From assembly GCA_040007375.1 (NCBI GenBank), contig JBDTVD010000001.1:1-44490 (forward strand): 44,490 nt of DNA. The letters run 5' to 3'. Shown in pieces: positions 26,758-37,405 of the stretch. Source of the stretch: Bacteroidota bacterium (GTDB taxonomy: Bacteria > Bacteroidota > Bacteroidia > AKYH767-A > OLB10). The stretch's first letter is position 1. Every line of letters starts with the position of its first letter. The notes under the pieces were generated by a model. That model worked only from the letters and a program-made list of their open reading frames with translations, did not search any database and had not been told where the DNA came from. The position numbers and the translations under genes were made by a program.

Positions 26758-27312
26758 TTAAGATTGTTTTACCAATTGAATATCACAACTTATATATACA
26801 TCATCTGAAACAAGTAATCCACCTGCTTCCAAAGCAGTATTCCAGGTGAGTTCCCAGTCTTTTCTGCTGATCTTTCCATTCATGGTAAATCCGGCTTTGT
26901 GGTTTCCCCATGGATCTCTCAGAATACCACCAAATTCCACATCCAGTTTAATGCGTTTGGTGATGCCTTTAATTGTTAAATCACCATACAATTCATAACT
27001 GCCATCATTGTCAACGTTCTCATAAGTATTCGCTATAAATGTAATTTGCTTATGATTTTCAACATCAAAAAAATCAGCACTACGCATGTGTGCATCACGA
27101 TCAGGACTACCCGTACTTACCGATGAAGGATCCATCCAGAAATCAACTTCTGCCGTCATAAAATCTTCGTTAGTAGTATAAATGCTTGCATCATATTTAG
27201 TAAAAACACCTTTCACATTTGTGATCATCATATGTTTTACTTTGAATGAAACTTCACTGTGTGCAGGATCGATGCTCCATTTTACTTTTGTTATATTTTC
27301 CGTTTCCATCAT
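26758..27312 (-). CDS. YceI family protein
   Basis: 184 aa. WSIDPAHSEVSFKVKHMMITNVKGVF and LTIKGITK match the YceI lipid-binding beta-barrel pattern. Confidence 0.8.
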   Translation of the reverse strand: MMETENITKVKWSIDPAHSEVSFKVKHMMITNVKGVFTKYDASIYTTNEDFMTAEVDFWMDPSSVSTGSPDRDAHMRSADFFDVENHKQITFIANTYENVDNDGSYELYGDLTIKGITKRIKLDVEFGGILRDPWGNHKAGFTMNGKISRKDWELTWNTALEAGGLLVSDDVYISCDIQLVKQS

Positions 27313-27368
27313 ATTTGGTTTTTTAATTTATATATATAATCTGAAGGTGATTGATTGAATTACCTTAA

Positions 27369-28553
27369 TCACTTCTGCAATGCCTTTCTTCTCTTTTTTT
27401 CTGCGAGAATGAGTTTTAATTCACGTCCCATTTGTCCTGACATGGATGAATTTTCCTGTGCTCTTCTTGTAAGGTAAGGCAGAACAGAAATCACTGGTCC
27501 ATAAGGAACATATTTCGCAACTTTATATCCTGCTTTTGCCAGGTTAAAACTGATGTGATCGCTCATGCCTAACAGTTGAGAAAAGTAAATCCGTTCATCA
27601 TCATTTGCAATATGATTTGCTTTCATCAATTCCGTTAACAACATGCAGCTTTCCGCATTATGTGTACCTGCACAAATAGAAATCCTGTCAATGTGCATAA
27701 CAGAGTATTTCAATGCTTCATTATAATCTATATCGCAGGCACTTTTATCCGGTTGAATTGGAGATTTGTATTCCTTTTCCGCAGCACGTTTTCTTTCTTT
27801 CTCCATATAGGCACCTCTCACCAGTTTCAATCCCAGGAAATAATTATGTTCAATAGCATGTTGATGCGACTTCCTTAAATAATCTAAACGGTCATGTCTG
27901 TATAACTGTATCGTATTATATATAATCGCTTTTTCCTTGTTGTACTTCTTCATCATATTTAAAGCAAGGTCATCAATGGCATTCTGTATCCATGATTCTT
28001 CTGCATCAATAAATACTTTCACCCGGAGTTTGTAGGCCAATGAACAGATGCTGTCAATTCTGTTATAAACTTTTTGTGCTTCTGTTTTTTCTTCTGCTGA
28101 TAAAGGTAACCCTTCACTCATTTTTTCCAGCAATGCAAACCTTGCCAGGCCGGTAACTTTAAATACGCAAAAAGGAATATCAGGATCTCCACCAGCTCTG
28201 TTTACTGTTCGTATAATCTCTTCACATGCAAGATCAAATTCCCTTTCTTCTTCTTTACCTTCTACTGAATAATCTAGTATGCTTCCTACATTAAATCTCG
28301 CAAGGTTAGCAATTGTCTCCTTACAATCTTCAATGGTCTCACCTCCGCAGAAATGACTGTAAATGGTACCCTTAATTGCCCACTTGATGGGTAAATGGAG
28401 TTTAAGTGCAACTTCTGTTAGTGCAGGTCCGAGCTTCACTACTACAGGAAGACTGATAGATTTAAAAAGCCAGTATGCTTTAGTAATTTCCGAATTGCTC
28501 TTATAAGCAAATGCATTCTCTATGTTTTCAAATGATAGTTCGTTCGTAGCCAC
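27369..28553 (-). CDS. Proline dehydrogenase (monofunctional PRODH)
   Basis: 394 aa with FCGGETIEDC, ILDYSVEGKE, TIQLYRHD and LVRGAYME, typical of the PutA PRODH barrel. It has an apparent GTG start. Confidence 0.8.
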   Translation of the reverse strand: MATNELSFENIENAFAYKSNSEITKAYWLFKSISLPVVVKLGPALTEVALKLHLPIKWAIKGTIYSHFCGGETIEDCKETIANLARFNVGSILDYSVEGKEEEREFDLACEEIIRTVNRAGGDPDIPFCVFKVTGLARFALLEKMSEGLPLSAEEKTEAQKVYNRIDSICSLAYKLRVKVFIDAEESWIQNAIDDLALNMMKKYNKEKAIIYNTIQLYRHDRLDYLRKSHQHAIEHNYFLGLKLVRGAYMEKERKRAAEKEYKSPIQPDKSACDIDYNEALKYSVMHIDRISICAGTHNAESCMLLTELMKANHIANDDERIYFSQLLGMSDHISFNLAKAGYKVAKYVPYGPVISVLPYLTRRAQENSSMSGQMGRELKLILAEKKRRKALQK

Positions 28554-28557
28554 GCTG

Positions 28558-28565
28558 CAAAAATA
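28558..28565 (-). promoter_or_regulatory. Bacteroidota -7 promoter box (TATTTTTG) abutting the proline dehydrogenase start
   Basis: CAAAAATA on the + strand, only 4 nt upstream of the GTG at 28553. Confidence 0.4.
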
Positions 28566-28625
28566 AATTAATAAAGTTAGCAGGAGGTAGTGATTGAATA
28601 AGGATAAGGCAATGCTCTCTTTCTG

Positions 28626-28633
28626 TATCTTTG
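28626..28633 (+). promoter_or_regulatory. Bacteroidota -7 promoter box (TATCTTTG) upstream of the DAHP synthase/chorismate mutase gene
   Basis: Perfect TAnnTTTG 14 nt upstream of the ATG at 28648. It lies inside the longer ORF-track extension, which argues for the 28648 start. Confidence 0.45.
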
Positions 28634-28647
28634 CTTCCGATTTTTAT

Positions 28648-29766
28648 ATGTCTGTATTTACATCATTAACAAACTGGGATTTAGGGTTTCAAACCCGTCC
28701 ATTCCTGATTTCCGGACCTTGCGGTGCTGAGACACATGAGCAGGTTTTGAAAACTGCAATTCAACTTAAATCAAAAGGAGTTCACTTGTTCCGTGCTGGA
28801 ATCTGGAAACCCAGAACACGCCCCGGATCTTTTGAAGGAATGGGTGAGGAGGCACTAAAATGGTTGCAGGAAGTGAAGCAGGAAACCGGTATTCCGGTTA
28901 CTGTGGAAGTAGCATCACCAACGCATATTGAACTTGCTTTAAAGTATAATGTTGATGTGCTTTGGTTGGGAGCACGAACAACTGTTAATCCTTTTCTTGT
29001 TCAGGAATTAGCTTCTTCTTTAAAAGGAGTTAATATTCCGGTGATGATAAAGAATCCCGTTAATCCGGATCTGGCATTATGGATTGGTGCAATTGAAAGA
29101 ATAAGTAAAGCAGGTATTGAAAAAATTGCTGCTATTCACAGAGGTTTTTCCAGTTATGAAAACAGCACCTACCGTAATAAACCAAACTGGGAAATACCAA
29201 TTGAACTCCGTCGCCTGCTTCCTGGAATTCCGTTGATATGTGATCCAAGTCATATCTGTGGGAATACTTTTATGCAGCAGTATGTTGCGCAGTTTGCTCT
29301 GGATATGCAGTATGATGGATTAATGATTGAATCGCATTATAAACCTGCTGAAGCGCTGAGCGATGCAAAACAGCAATTTACTCCTGACGAACTGGGTGAT
29401 TTAATCTCATCATTGGTAGTGAGAAATGCAACTACTGATGATGAAACTGCACTCAGCAAAATTGAGGATATGCGGGATCAGATTGATGAACTCGATGATC
29501 AGATTGTTACTTTACTTGCCGAAAGAATGCGTGTTGCACGTCTTATTGGTGAATATAAATTTCATCATCACATTGCTATTTTACAACCGGAGCGATGGGA
29601 AGAAATTATCCGTACCAGAACTATAAACGGAGTTGATAAAAAACTAACCGAAGAATTTATTTTAACTCTTTATACAATGATTCATAAGGAATCAATTTAT
29701 CAGCAGACGCAGCAGATGGAGGCAGAGAAAAAGTCAGACACTCTTCAGCAAGAGCCAAATTCCTGA
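28648..29766 (+). CDS. Bifunctional 3-deoxy-7-phosphoheptulonate (DAHP) synthase / chorismate mutase type II
   Basis: The N-terminal DAHPS core has RPFLISGPCGAETHEQ, FRAGIWKPRT and CDPSH. The C-terminal AroQ-type CM has IDELDDQIVTLLAERMRVARLIGEYK. Confidence 0.85.
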   Translation: MSVFTSLTNWDLGFQTRPFLISGPCGAETHEQVLKTAIQLKSKGVHLFRAGIWKPRTRPGSFEGMGEEALKWLQEVKQETGIPVTVEVASPTHIELALKYNVDVLWLGARTTVNPFLVQELASSLKGVNIPVMIKNPVNPDLALWIGAIERISKAGIEKIAAIHRGFSSYENSTYRNKPNWEIPIELRRLLPGIPLICDPSHICGNTFMQQYVAQFALDMQYDGLMIESHYKPAEALSDAKQQFTPDELGDLISSLVVRNATTDDETALSKIEDMRDQIDELDDQIVTLLAERMRVARLIGEYKFHHHIAILQPERWEEIIRTRTINGVDKKLTEEFILTLYTMIHKESIYQQTQQMEAEKKSDTLQQEPNS

Positions 29767-29776
29767 GATCATATAT

Positions 29777-30841
29777 ATGAAACAATTCTTCTCTCATAAA
29801 ACCCCGGTTTTTGCAGGGGAGGATGTACTTCCTTTTTTAAAGGAGAAACTAAACAGTTATCAGCGCATTTTTCTGCTGGCGGATTTCAGGACCATGCGTA
29901 AATGTCTTCATGTGGTAGAATCACTGATAAATGAAACTGTTGAATGCCATACACTGGTAATACAGGAAGGTGAACGGTTTAAGAATATAAATACCTGTCT
30001 TTTGTTGTGGAAACAATTGCAGCAATTGAATGCACACCGGAACGACCTTATCGTGAATATTGGAGGTGGTGTAGTATGTGATATCGGAGCATTTGTAGCT
30101 TCTACTTTTAAAAGAGGAATGCAGTTTATCCAGATTCCCACATCTTTAATGGCAATGGCTGATGCTGCAATAGGAGGTAAGTCAGGTGTTGATCTGGAGA
30201 TGGTGAAGAATCAGATAGGAATGTTTTCAGAACCGGAAGCAATATATATATATCCTGGTTTTCTGGAAACACTTGATCCCCGCCAGGTGTTAAATGGCAG
30301 TACAGAAATTATTAAACATGCGCTCATTAAAGATGCTGAGCTCTGGAAAAAAATAAAATCGTTAAAAGACGTTCCTTCTTCTGAAGAATTTATTCTGAAA
30401 TCAGCAGAGATAAAATCCCATGTAATAAATAGTGATTTCAAAGAATCAGGTATGCGTCGTATATTAAATTTCGGACATACTTTCGGGCATGCTTTTGAAT
30501 CCTATTCATTGCAACATGATTCACATCCTTTACTACATGGTGAAGCTCTGGCCATGGGGATCATTTGTGAAAGCTGGCTTTCTATGCATATCAATGGTTT
30601 CCCATCAGAAGCATTTGAAGAAATCAGGAATTATATATTCCGTTTTTATCCAAAGTATAATCTTCCTTCATCATCATTACCTGAATTGGTTGGCCTGATG
30701 AAACAGGATAAGAAAAATATAGATGAGCGAATTAATGTCAGTTTATTGAGTCAGACAGGTGCGTGTGATTTTGACAATTATTGTAGTGAAGATGACCTTA
30801 TCACAGCTTTAAATGTATATTATGATCTGAAATCGAGATGA
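29777..30841 (+). CDS. aroB: 3-dehydroquinate synthase
   Basis: 354 aa with GGGVVCDIGAFVASTFKRGMQFIQIPTSLMAMADAAIGGKSGVD and NFGHTFGHAFE. Confidence 0.85.
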   Translation: MKQFFSHKTPVFAGEDVLPFLKEKLNSYQRIFLLADFRTMRKCLHVVESLINETVECHTLVIQEGERFKNINTCLLLWKQLQQLNAHRNDLIVNIGGGVVCDIGAFVASTFKRGMQFIQIPTSLMAMADAAIGGKSGVDLEMVKNQIGMFSEPEAIYIYPGFLETLDPRQVLNGSTEIIKHALIKDAELWKKIKSLKDVPSSEEFILKSAEIKSHVINSDFKESGMRRILNFGHTFGHAFESYSLQHDSHPLLHGEALAMGIICESWLSMHINGFPSEAFEEIRNYIFRFYPKYNLPSSSLPELVGLMKQDKKNIDERINVSLLSQTGACDFDNYCSEDDLITALNVYYDLKSR

Positions 30842-32052
30842 TCACAATAAGTCATCCGGACAAAATACTGAGAGGAAAAATAAGACTGCCTGCTTCGAAA
30901 AGTATAAGTAACCGTGCATTGATAATTCGTGCTGTTTCAGGTCATTTTTTTCAGATCAGCAATCTGTCTCAAGCCACAGATACTACCATACTTGAGCGAC
31001 TCATCACATCTGATCCTTATGAACTGAATTGTGGTGATGGTGGAACCACTATGAGATTCCTTTTATCCTTATTGGTTTTAAGAGAAAAGGAATGTATTGT
31101 AAATGGAAGTGATCAGTTACAAAAGCGGCCTGTGAAACCACTTGTAGATGCATTAAATTCATTGGGTGCTTCCATAGAATATGTGAATAAAAATGATTGT
31201 CTTCCATTAAAAATTAATTCATCAGTCTTGAAAGGTGGTAAGCTGCAAATGGATGCTTCTATAAGTAGCCAGTTTACATCAGCACTCATGATGATTGCAC
31301 CCTATTTACCAGGAGGATTAGAGATACAGCTTTCAGGTAAAATAGCATCACATTCATATATAAAAATGACAGCAGCACTTATGTTTAAATTTGGTGTTGA
31401 AGTTCAGATTTCAGATCATTCAGTTTTAATACCTCAGAGCGAATATAAGCCTGTTGATATTTTCATTGAACCTGACTGGAGTGCTGCTTCTTATTGGCTT
31501 GAGGCAGCAGCTTTATCAATTCGCAGTGATTTTGTACTTGAAAATTTATCTGTGAAAAGTTTTCAGGGAGATGCAATTGCTCTTGAGCTAATTCATCATT
31601 TCGGGGTGCGGTGCAAGGAAGTAGAAAATGGAATCCGGGTTGTTAAGAATTCAGAATTAATAAATAAAAATTTCGAACATGATTTTAGTGATAACCCTGA
31701 CCTTGTTCCTGCATTTGCTATTCTCTGCGCAGCAAAAGGAATAAATGGAAGGTTAAGTGGTTTGGAAACGCTTCGATGGAAAGAGTCGGACAGAATACAG
31801 GCATTGCAAATATTGATTGGAATTATTGGGTGCAAATCTGAGTATTCAAAGGGAAGTCTGGAAATAATTCCGGGAACAATTTCAGAACCATCTTCGCCAT
31901 TACCTGTTTTCAATGATCACCGTATGGCCATGTGCCTTGCCCCTTTATCATTAGTACTATCTGAAATTATTATTAAAGACCCGGGTGTTGTATCAAAATC
32001 ATATCCCGGAATCTGGGAGGAACTGAGTAAAACAGGGTTTAGGGTAGTTTAA
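30838..32052 (+). CDS. aroA: 3-phosphoshikimate 1-carboxyvinyltransferase (EPSP synthase)
   Basis: 404 aa with LPASKSISNRALII, GDGGTTMRFL, KESDRI and DHRMAM. Its ATG overlaps the aroB stop (ATGA). Confidence 0.85.
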   Translation: MITISHPDKILRGKIRLPASKSISNRALIIRAVSGHFFQISNLSQATDTTILERLITSDPYELNCGDGGTTMRFLLSLLVLREKECIVNGSDQLQKRPVKPLVDALNSLGASIEYVNKNDCLPLKINSSVLKGGKLQMDASISSQFTSALMMIAPYLPGGLEIQLSGKIASHSYIKMTAALMFKFGVEVQISDHSVLIPQSEYKPVDIFIEPDWSAASYWLEAAALSIRSDFVLENLSVKSFQGDAIALELIHHFGVRCKEVENGIRVVKNSELINKNFEHDFSDNPDLVPAFAILCAAKGINGRLSGLETLRWKESDRIQALQILIGIIGCKSEYSKGSLEIIPGTISEPSSPLPVFNDHRMAMCLAPLSLVLSEIIIKDPGVVSKSYPGIWEELSKTGFRVV

Positions 32053-32329
32053 AAGTAATCAGGTATGCCATTTAGCGAGAGATTTTTCAAAAAAAGCAGG
32101 GTAAAGACAAGTTTATTTGTATTTCATTGAAAAACAGAGAGTTTATTTTTTACATAAGACACTAATCCGACTTCGTTTTCCTTTTATAATTGGCCGAAAG
32201 CGTCTATTTTTGCCCTCCTTTTTAATGGGGGTAGTGTACCTATATGTAAACAAGTAATGAATAATCTGCCTTTCAATCTATAAAAGCCCTTAATCCTCGT
32301 CAAATAATTATCCGAACTAAAATAGCAGA

Positions 32330-35300
32330 ATGAGCACAAAAGCAGTAAGTATTCACGGAATCCACGAAAAGACCATTGGGAACCGGATCAACTTTGCCTC
32401 TCAGAAGAACCCGGTTGATTATCCGGATTTCCTGGAGATTCAGTTAAAATCCTTCAAAGACTTTTTTCAGTTGGAAACTACCAGCGAAAATCGTTCACAG
32501 GAAGGCCTTTTTAAAGTTTTCAGTGAGAACTTTCCGATCACTGATTCCAGAAATAACTTCGTATTGGAGTTCATCGATTATTTCGTTGATCCTCCACGTT
32601 ACAGTATTGAAGAATGTATCGAACGCGGATTAACCCACAGTGTTCCCTTAAAGGCAAAATTGAAATTATATTGTACTGATCCGGAACATGAGGATTTTGA
32701 AACAATCGTTCAGGATGTTTACTTGGGAACAATACCTTACATGACACCAAAAGGTACGTTTGTTATCAATGGTGCAGAAAGAGTTATCGTTTCCCAACTT
32801 CACCGTTCACCTGGTGTATTCTTCGGAAGCAGCCGCCATGCAAATGGAACCAAGCTCTATTCTGCAAGAGTTATTCCTTTCAAAGGTTCATGGATTGAAT
32901 TTGCAACAGACATTAATAATGTCATGTACGCTTATATTGATCGTAAAAAGAAATTTCCGGTAACTACTTTATTACGTGCTATCGGATTCCAGACAGATAA
33001 AGAGATCCTTGAGATTTTTGGTCTTGCGGATGAAATTAAAGTAAGTAAAGCAGGGTTGAAAAAAGTAGTTGGTCGTAAACTGGCTGCAAGGGTTTTGAAG
33101 AGCTGGGTGGAAGATTTTGTGGATGAGGATACAGGAGAAGTAGTTTCTATTGAAAGAAATGAAGTGATCATGGAAAGAGAAACAATTCTTTCAGATGATC
33201 ATATCGATACAATTGTTGACGCAGGAGTAAAGAGCATTATTCTTCATAAAGAAGATGCGAATACAAATGATTATGCAATCATTTATAACACACTGCAAAA
33301 GGATACTTCAAACTCAGAAAAAGAAGCGGTAGAGCATATCTATCGTCAGTTAAGAAATGCTGAGCCACCTGATGAAGAAACAGCAAGAGGAATAATTGAA
33401 AAATTGTTTTTCTCTGATAAGCGTTATGATTTAGGTGAAGTAGGACGTTACCGTATCAATCGTAAACTGAACCTGAATACACCTGAAAATGTAAAGGTTC
33501 TTACCAAAGAAGATATTATCGAAATCATTAAGTATCTGATCATGCTTATTAACAGCAAGACAATAGTTGATGATATTGATCACTTATCAAACAGAAGGGT
33601 TCGTACTGTTGGTGAGCAGTTATACTCTCAGTTCGGAGTTGGTCTTGCCCGTATGGCACGTACTATCCGTGAAAGAATGAACGTTCGTGATAATGAGGTA
33701 TTCACACCTGCAGATCTTATTAATGCGAAAACACTGTCATCAGTAATCAATTCGTTTTTTGGAACCAACCAGTTAAGTCAGTTCATGGATCAAACAAATC
33801 CACTTGCTGAAATAACGCATAAACGACGCCTTTCTGCCCTTGGACCTGGAGGTCTGTCCAGAGAGCGTGCCGGTTTCGAAGTACGAGATGTTCACTATAC
33901 ACACTATGGTCGTCTTTGTACAATTGAAACTCCTGAAGGCCCGAACATCGGTTTGATTTCATCTCTATGTGTATATGCAAAGATCAATACACTTGGTTTT
34001 ATATCAACACCTTATAGAAAAGTAATTGAAGGAAAGGTTGATGTTAAAAGCCCGATTATTTACCTTACTGCTGAAGAAGAAGATACAAAAGTTATCGGAC
34101 AGGCTAATGCAAATGTAGATGAGATGGGTGTGTTTCATGATGCAAAAGTAAAAGCACGATTTGAAGGTGACTTCCCGATTGTAGAACCAAAGGATATCCA
34201 TTTAATGGACGTTGCTCCAAACCAGATTGCATCTATTGCAGCTTCATTGATTCCTTTCCTGGAACATGATGATGCTAACCGTGCATTGATGGGATCGAAC
34301 ATGCAGCGCCAGGCAGTACCGTTATTACGTCCGGAAGCTCCGTTCGTAGGAACAGGTCTGGAAGGTCATGTAGTAAGAGATTCAAGAGTTTTATTAAATG
34401 CAGAACATTCAGGAGTAGTTGAATATGTTGATGCAAATGAAATTCATATCCGTAATATCAGAACAGATGATGAAAAACAGATCTCTTTTGAAGATGATCT
34501 GAAAGTGTATCGTCTTATTAAATTCAAGAAAACAAACCAAAGTACCTGTATTAACTTAAAGCCTATCGTTAAAAAAGGAGATAAAGTTAAAGCAGGTCAG
34601 GTATTGTGCGAAGGTTATGCAACTCAAGGTGGTGAATTAGCACTTGGAAGAAACCTGAAAGTGGCATTCATGCCATGGAAAGGAAATAACTTCGAGGATG
34701 CTATCGTAATTTCAGAAAGAGTTATCCGTGAAGATATCTTTACTTCTATCCATATTGATGAGTATAGTCTTGAAGTACGTGATACAAAACGAGGCCTTGA
34801 AGAACTTACTGCAGATATTCCAAACGTTAGTGAAGAAGCAACACGTGATCTTGATGAAAACGGTTTGATCAGAATTGGAGCAGAAGTAAATGAAGGTGAT
34901 ATCCTGATCGGAAAGATTACTCCAAAAGGGGAAACTGATCCTTCTCCGGAAGAGAAACTGTTACGCGCAATCTTTGGCGATAAGGCAGGTGATGTAAAGG
35001 ATGCTTCTTTAAAAGTTCCACCATCTGTTAAAGGTGTTGTTATTGACAAGAAGTTGTTCTCCCGTGCTATCAAAGAAAAAAATGCAAAGACTGATGATAA
35101 AGGTGCTATTGCAAAGATTGATACAGAACAGGAGAAAATACTTGCTGATCTTAAGGTAAAGCTGGTTGATAAACTCTTTGTCCTGGTTTCAGGAAAAACA
35201 TCGCAAGGCGTTATTAATGTATATAAGGAAGCCGTAATTCCAAAAGGAACCAAGTTCACTCAGAAAGCACTTCAGGATCTGGATTATCTCAATATCAATC

Positions 35301-36169
35301 CATACAAATGGACAACTGATAAAGAGACTAATGAGAGAATTACTACATTACTGAATAACTATATCGTTAAACATAATGAACATCTTGCCGGATTCAAACG
35401 CAGAAAGTTTGCGATTCAGATTGGTGATGAACTACCAACAGGAATTATGCAGTTGGCTAAAGTTTATATAGCTAAAAAACGTAAGTTGAAAGTAGGTGAT
35501 AAGATGGCAGGTCGTCACGGTAATAAAGGTATCGTTGCGCGTATTGTGCGTGATGAAGACATGCCTTACCTGGATGATGGAACTCCAGTTGATATTGTGT
35601 TGAACCCACTGGGTGTACCATCACGTATGAACCTTGGACAGATTTATGAAACTGTTCTTGCATGGGCAGCTCAAAAGCTGGGAGTGAAATTCGCAACACC
35701 GATTTTTGATGGAGCATCACTTGCAGATATCGATCATTATGTTTCAAAAGCAGATTTACCAAAATTCGGTAGTACGTATCTGTATGATGGTGGAACAGGT
35801 GAGCGTTTCGATCAGCCGGCTACAGTAGGTATTATATATATGCTGAAACTGGGTCACATGGTTGATGATAAGATGCATGCCCGTTCAATCGGACCATATT
35901 CATTAATTACACAACAACCTCTTGGTGGTAAAGCACAGTTCGGAGGACAGCGTTTTGGTGAGATGGAGGTTTGGGCAATTGAAGCATTCGGAGCAGCTAA
36001 TATTCTGCAGGAGTTACTCACTGTTAAATCAGATGATGTAATGGGTCGTGCAAAAGCATATGAAGCCATTGTTAAAGGTGAAAATATGGGCCCTCCAGGT
36101 ATTCCGGAATCATTCAATGTATTATTACATGAGTTGAAAGGATTGTGTCTGAAAGTGACACTTGATTAA
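32330..36169 (+). CDS. rpoB: DNA-directed RNA polymerase subunit beta (full length)
   Basis: 1279 aa with [38 protein letters not shown], the [13 protein letters not shown] region, GEMEVWA and the C-terminus [16 protein letters not shown]. Confidence 0.95.
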   Translation: MSTKAVSIHGIHEKTIGNRINFASQKNPVDYPDFLEIQLKSFKDFFQLETTSENRSQEGLFKVFSENFPITDSRNNFVLEFIDYFVDPPRYSIEECIERGLTHSVPLKAKLKLYCTDPEHEDFETIVQDVYLGTIPYMTPKGTFVINGAERVIVSQLHRSPGVFFGSSRHANGTKLYSARVIPFKGSWIEFATDINNVMYAYIDRKKKFPVTTLLRAIGFQTDKEILEIFGLADEIKVSKAGLKKVVGRKLAARVLKSWVEDFVDEDTGEVVSIERNEVIMERETILSDDHIDTIVDAGVKSIILHKEDANTNDYAIIYNTLQKDTSNSEKEAVEHIYRQLRNAEPPDEETARGIIEKLFFSDKRYDLGEVGRYRINRKLNLNTPENVKVLTKEDIIEIIKYLIMLINSKTIVDDIDHLSNRRVRTVGEQLYSQFGVGLARMARTIRERMNVRDNEVFTPADLINAKTLSSVINSFFGTNQLSQFMDQTNPLAEITHKRRLSALGPGGLSRERAGFEVRDVHYTHYGRLCTIETPEGPNIGLISSLCVYAKINTLGFISTPYRKVIEGKVDVKSPIIYLTAEEEDTKVIGQANANVDEMGVFHDAKVKARFEGDFPIVEPKDIHLMDVAPNQIASIAASLIPFLEHDDANRALMGSNMQRQAVPLLRPEAPFVGTGLEGHVVRDSRVLLNAEHSGVVEYVDANEIHIRNIRTDDEKQISFEDDLKVYRLIKFKKTNQSTCINLKPIVKKGDKVKAGQVLCEGYATQGGELALGRNLKVAFMPWKGNNFEDAIVISERVIREDIFTSIHIDEYSLEVRDTKRGLEELTADIPNVSEEATRDLDENGLIRIGAEVNEGDILIGKITPKGETDPSPEEKLLRAIFGDKAGDVKDASLKVPPSVKGVVIDKKLFSRAIKEKNAKTDDKGAIAKIDTEQEKILADLKVKLVDKLFVLVSGKTSQGVINVYKEAVIPKGTKFTQKALQDLDYLNINPYKWTTDKETNERITTLLNNYIVKHNEHLAGFKRRKFAIQIGDELPTGIMQLAKVYIAKKRKLKVGDKMAGRHGNKGIVARIVRDEDMPYLDDGTPVDIVLNPLGVPSRMNLGQIYETVLAWAAQKLGVKFATPIFDGASLADIDHYVSKADLPKFGSTYLYDGGTGERFDQPATVGIIYMLKLGHMVDDKMHARSIGPYSLITQQPLGGKAQFGGQRFGEMEVWAIEAFGAANILQELLTVKSDDVMGRAKAYEAIVKGENMGPPGIPESFNVLLHELKGLCLKVTLD

Positions 36170-36185
36170 ATAAATTTTATTGCAT

Positions 36186-36217
36186 AAAAAAAGGGAAGCT
36201 TTTGCTTCCCTTTTTTT
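36186..36217. terminator. Bidirectional intrinsic terminator directly after rpoB
   Basis: AAAAAAA-GGGAAGC-TTTT-GCTTCCC-TTTTTTT (stem 36193-36199 / 36204-36210). It lies between the rpoB stop and the convergent gene ending at 36235. Confidence 0.85.
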
Positions 36218-36234
36218 ATGCTCTGTTATTTAAA

Positions 36235-36750
36235 TCAACTCTTGAAAAATAAACCATCTTTTACTTTGATCAGAAAATCCATACCAGCTGATAATATTTT
36301 GTTGGCAATGAAACTAATTCTTGGTCGTTTTTTAAATTCACTTGCTTTAGTAGTTTCATCAGTTGATTTTACTTGAGCATTTTCACTTTTAAAGGTGTAA
36401 TTGTTTCTTTCTGAATTTGAGTTTTCTAATTCAAACTTTACAGGTAGGAATACAGGAATCTCAAATTCCTGCTCGTTGTTTTGATAACGACTTGCTGTAA
36501 TTTCTATTTCAGGTAAATTAATTCCTGCAACTGGCTTAGTGATATTAACCGGTGACGGTAATGTGCTCGATTCTTTTACCGGAAGTTTTGTGGAAACGAT
36601 TTCAATTTCCGGTAATTCAAAAAGCCCGATTCTTTCGCCTTTATATAATCTGCTTGCACTGCTTGTTGAAGCATTTGAATTGACAGTCAGGATAACTAAA
36701 ACAATAAGTGAAAGTGTCCCTTTTGCGGTTGTGTTTAAAAATGTTCTCAT
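36235..36750 (-). CDS. Hypothetical secreted protein with a duplicated LPEIEI motif
   Basis: 171-aa ORF with a signal-like N-terminus (TLSLIVLVILTVNSNAS). LFELPEIEIVST and INLPEIEITAS occur about 34 residues apart. I recognise no family. Confidence 0.5.
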   Translation of the reverse strand: MRTFLNTTAKGTLSLIVLVILTVNSNASTSSASRLYKGERIGLFELPEIEIVSTKLPVKESSTLPSPVNITKPVAGINLPEIEITASRYQNNEQEFEIPVFLPVKFELENSNSERNNYTFKSENAQVKSTDETTKASEFKKRPRISFIANKILSAGMDFLIKVKDGLFFKS

Positions 36751-36791
36751 GATATTTTTGATTATAGTGTTTTACCTATTATTTGATGAAG

Positions 36792-36799
36792 CAAAGATA
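36792..36799 (-). promoter_or_regulatory. Bacteroidota -7 promoter box (TATCTTTG) upstream of the secreted hypothetical gene
   Basis: CAAAGATA on the + strand, 41 nt upstream of the ATG at 36750. Confidence 0.4.
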
Positions 36800-36979
36800 T
36801 ATCCTTAGGATGGTACTATGCAACACATAGTACTAATAAAAAAAAGAATAATACTTAAGTTGTTGATTATCAAAATATATATTTTCTGAATTTTTAAATG
36901 GTACCTTGATTTTAATCCCAAAACTTATAGAAAACCAATTCCGAGGTTGAAAGTGATTCACTTCTTTTAACTTTACCGC

Positions 36980-37405
36980 ATGGAATTAACAGTCACCACA
37001 CCAGCCTTATTATTCCCTGCTGTATCACTCATCTTACTTGCCTACACCAACCGTTTTCAAGCCGTATCTAAAAGGATCCGTGATTTAAAGGATGTTTACA
37101 AGCAGCACCATTTTGGATTTCACTTTGAGCAGATTCGTACTTTAAGAAAAAGATTGGTTCTGATAAGGAACATGCAGATGCTCGGAGTGGCCGCTTTACT
37201 GGGTTGTGTGATTACAATGCTTCTTCTTTTTGTAGGAGAAGAATTTGCCGGCAGAATTACTTTTGCTGTCAGCCTGGTTCTAATGATTATTTCTCTGATA
37301 TTATCACTTAAAGAACTTACGCTTTCAATACATGCCTTAAACCTGGAATTGTCTGACCTTGAAAAGGAAGACATACAAAAGCTGGAAGATGATAAGATGT
37401 TCTGA
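36980..37405 (+). CDS. DUF2721-like small membrane protein
   Basis: 141 aa. The N-terminus TTPALLFPAVSLILLAYTNRFQAVSKRIRDLK resembles DUF2721. It has three hydrophobic segments and an acidic tail. Confidence 0.55.
   Translation: MELTVTTPALLFPAVSLILLAYTNRFQAVSKRIRDLKDVYKQHHFGFHFEQIRTLRKRLVLIRNMQMLGVAALLGCVITMLLLFVGEEFAGRITFAVSLVLMIISLILSLKELTLSIHALNLELSDLEKEDIQKLEDDKMF

Noticed and set aside
28594-28647. 18-codon N-terminal extension of the DAHPS/CM ORF.
   Set aside because: It has a TTG start and contains the -7 box at 28626-28633. The ATG at 28648 lies at the expected distance downstream.
32053-32329. The rpoB upstream spacer, examined for a promoter (TATTTTTG at 32205-32212) or a leader structure.
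   Set aside because: The only TTG upstream is 12 nt away, which is wrong spacing for a -33 element. The box lies 117 nt from the ATG and I found no convincing hairpins, so I left it uncalled.
34624-35259. 211-aa antisense ORF inside rpoB, plus other antisense ORFs at 32932-33171, 33783-34201, 35472-35762 and 35854-36117.
   Set aside because: They lie entirely within the highly conserved rpoB reading frame and have low-complexity Ser/Phe/Ile-rich translations. I found no promoter boxes for them.
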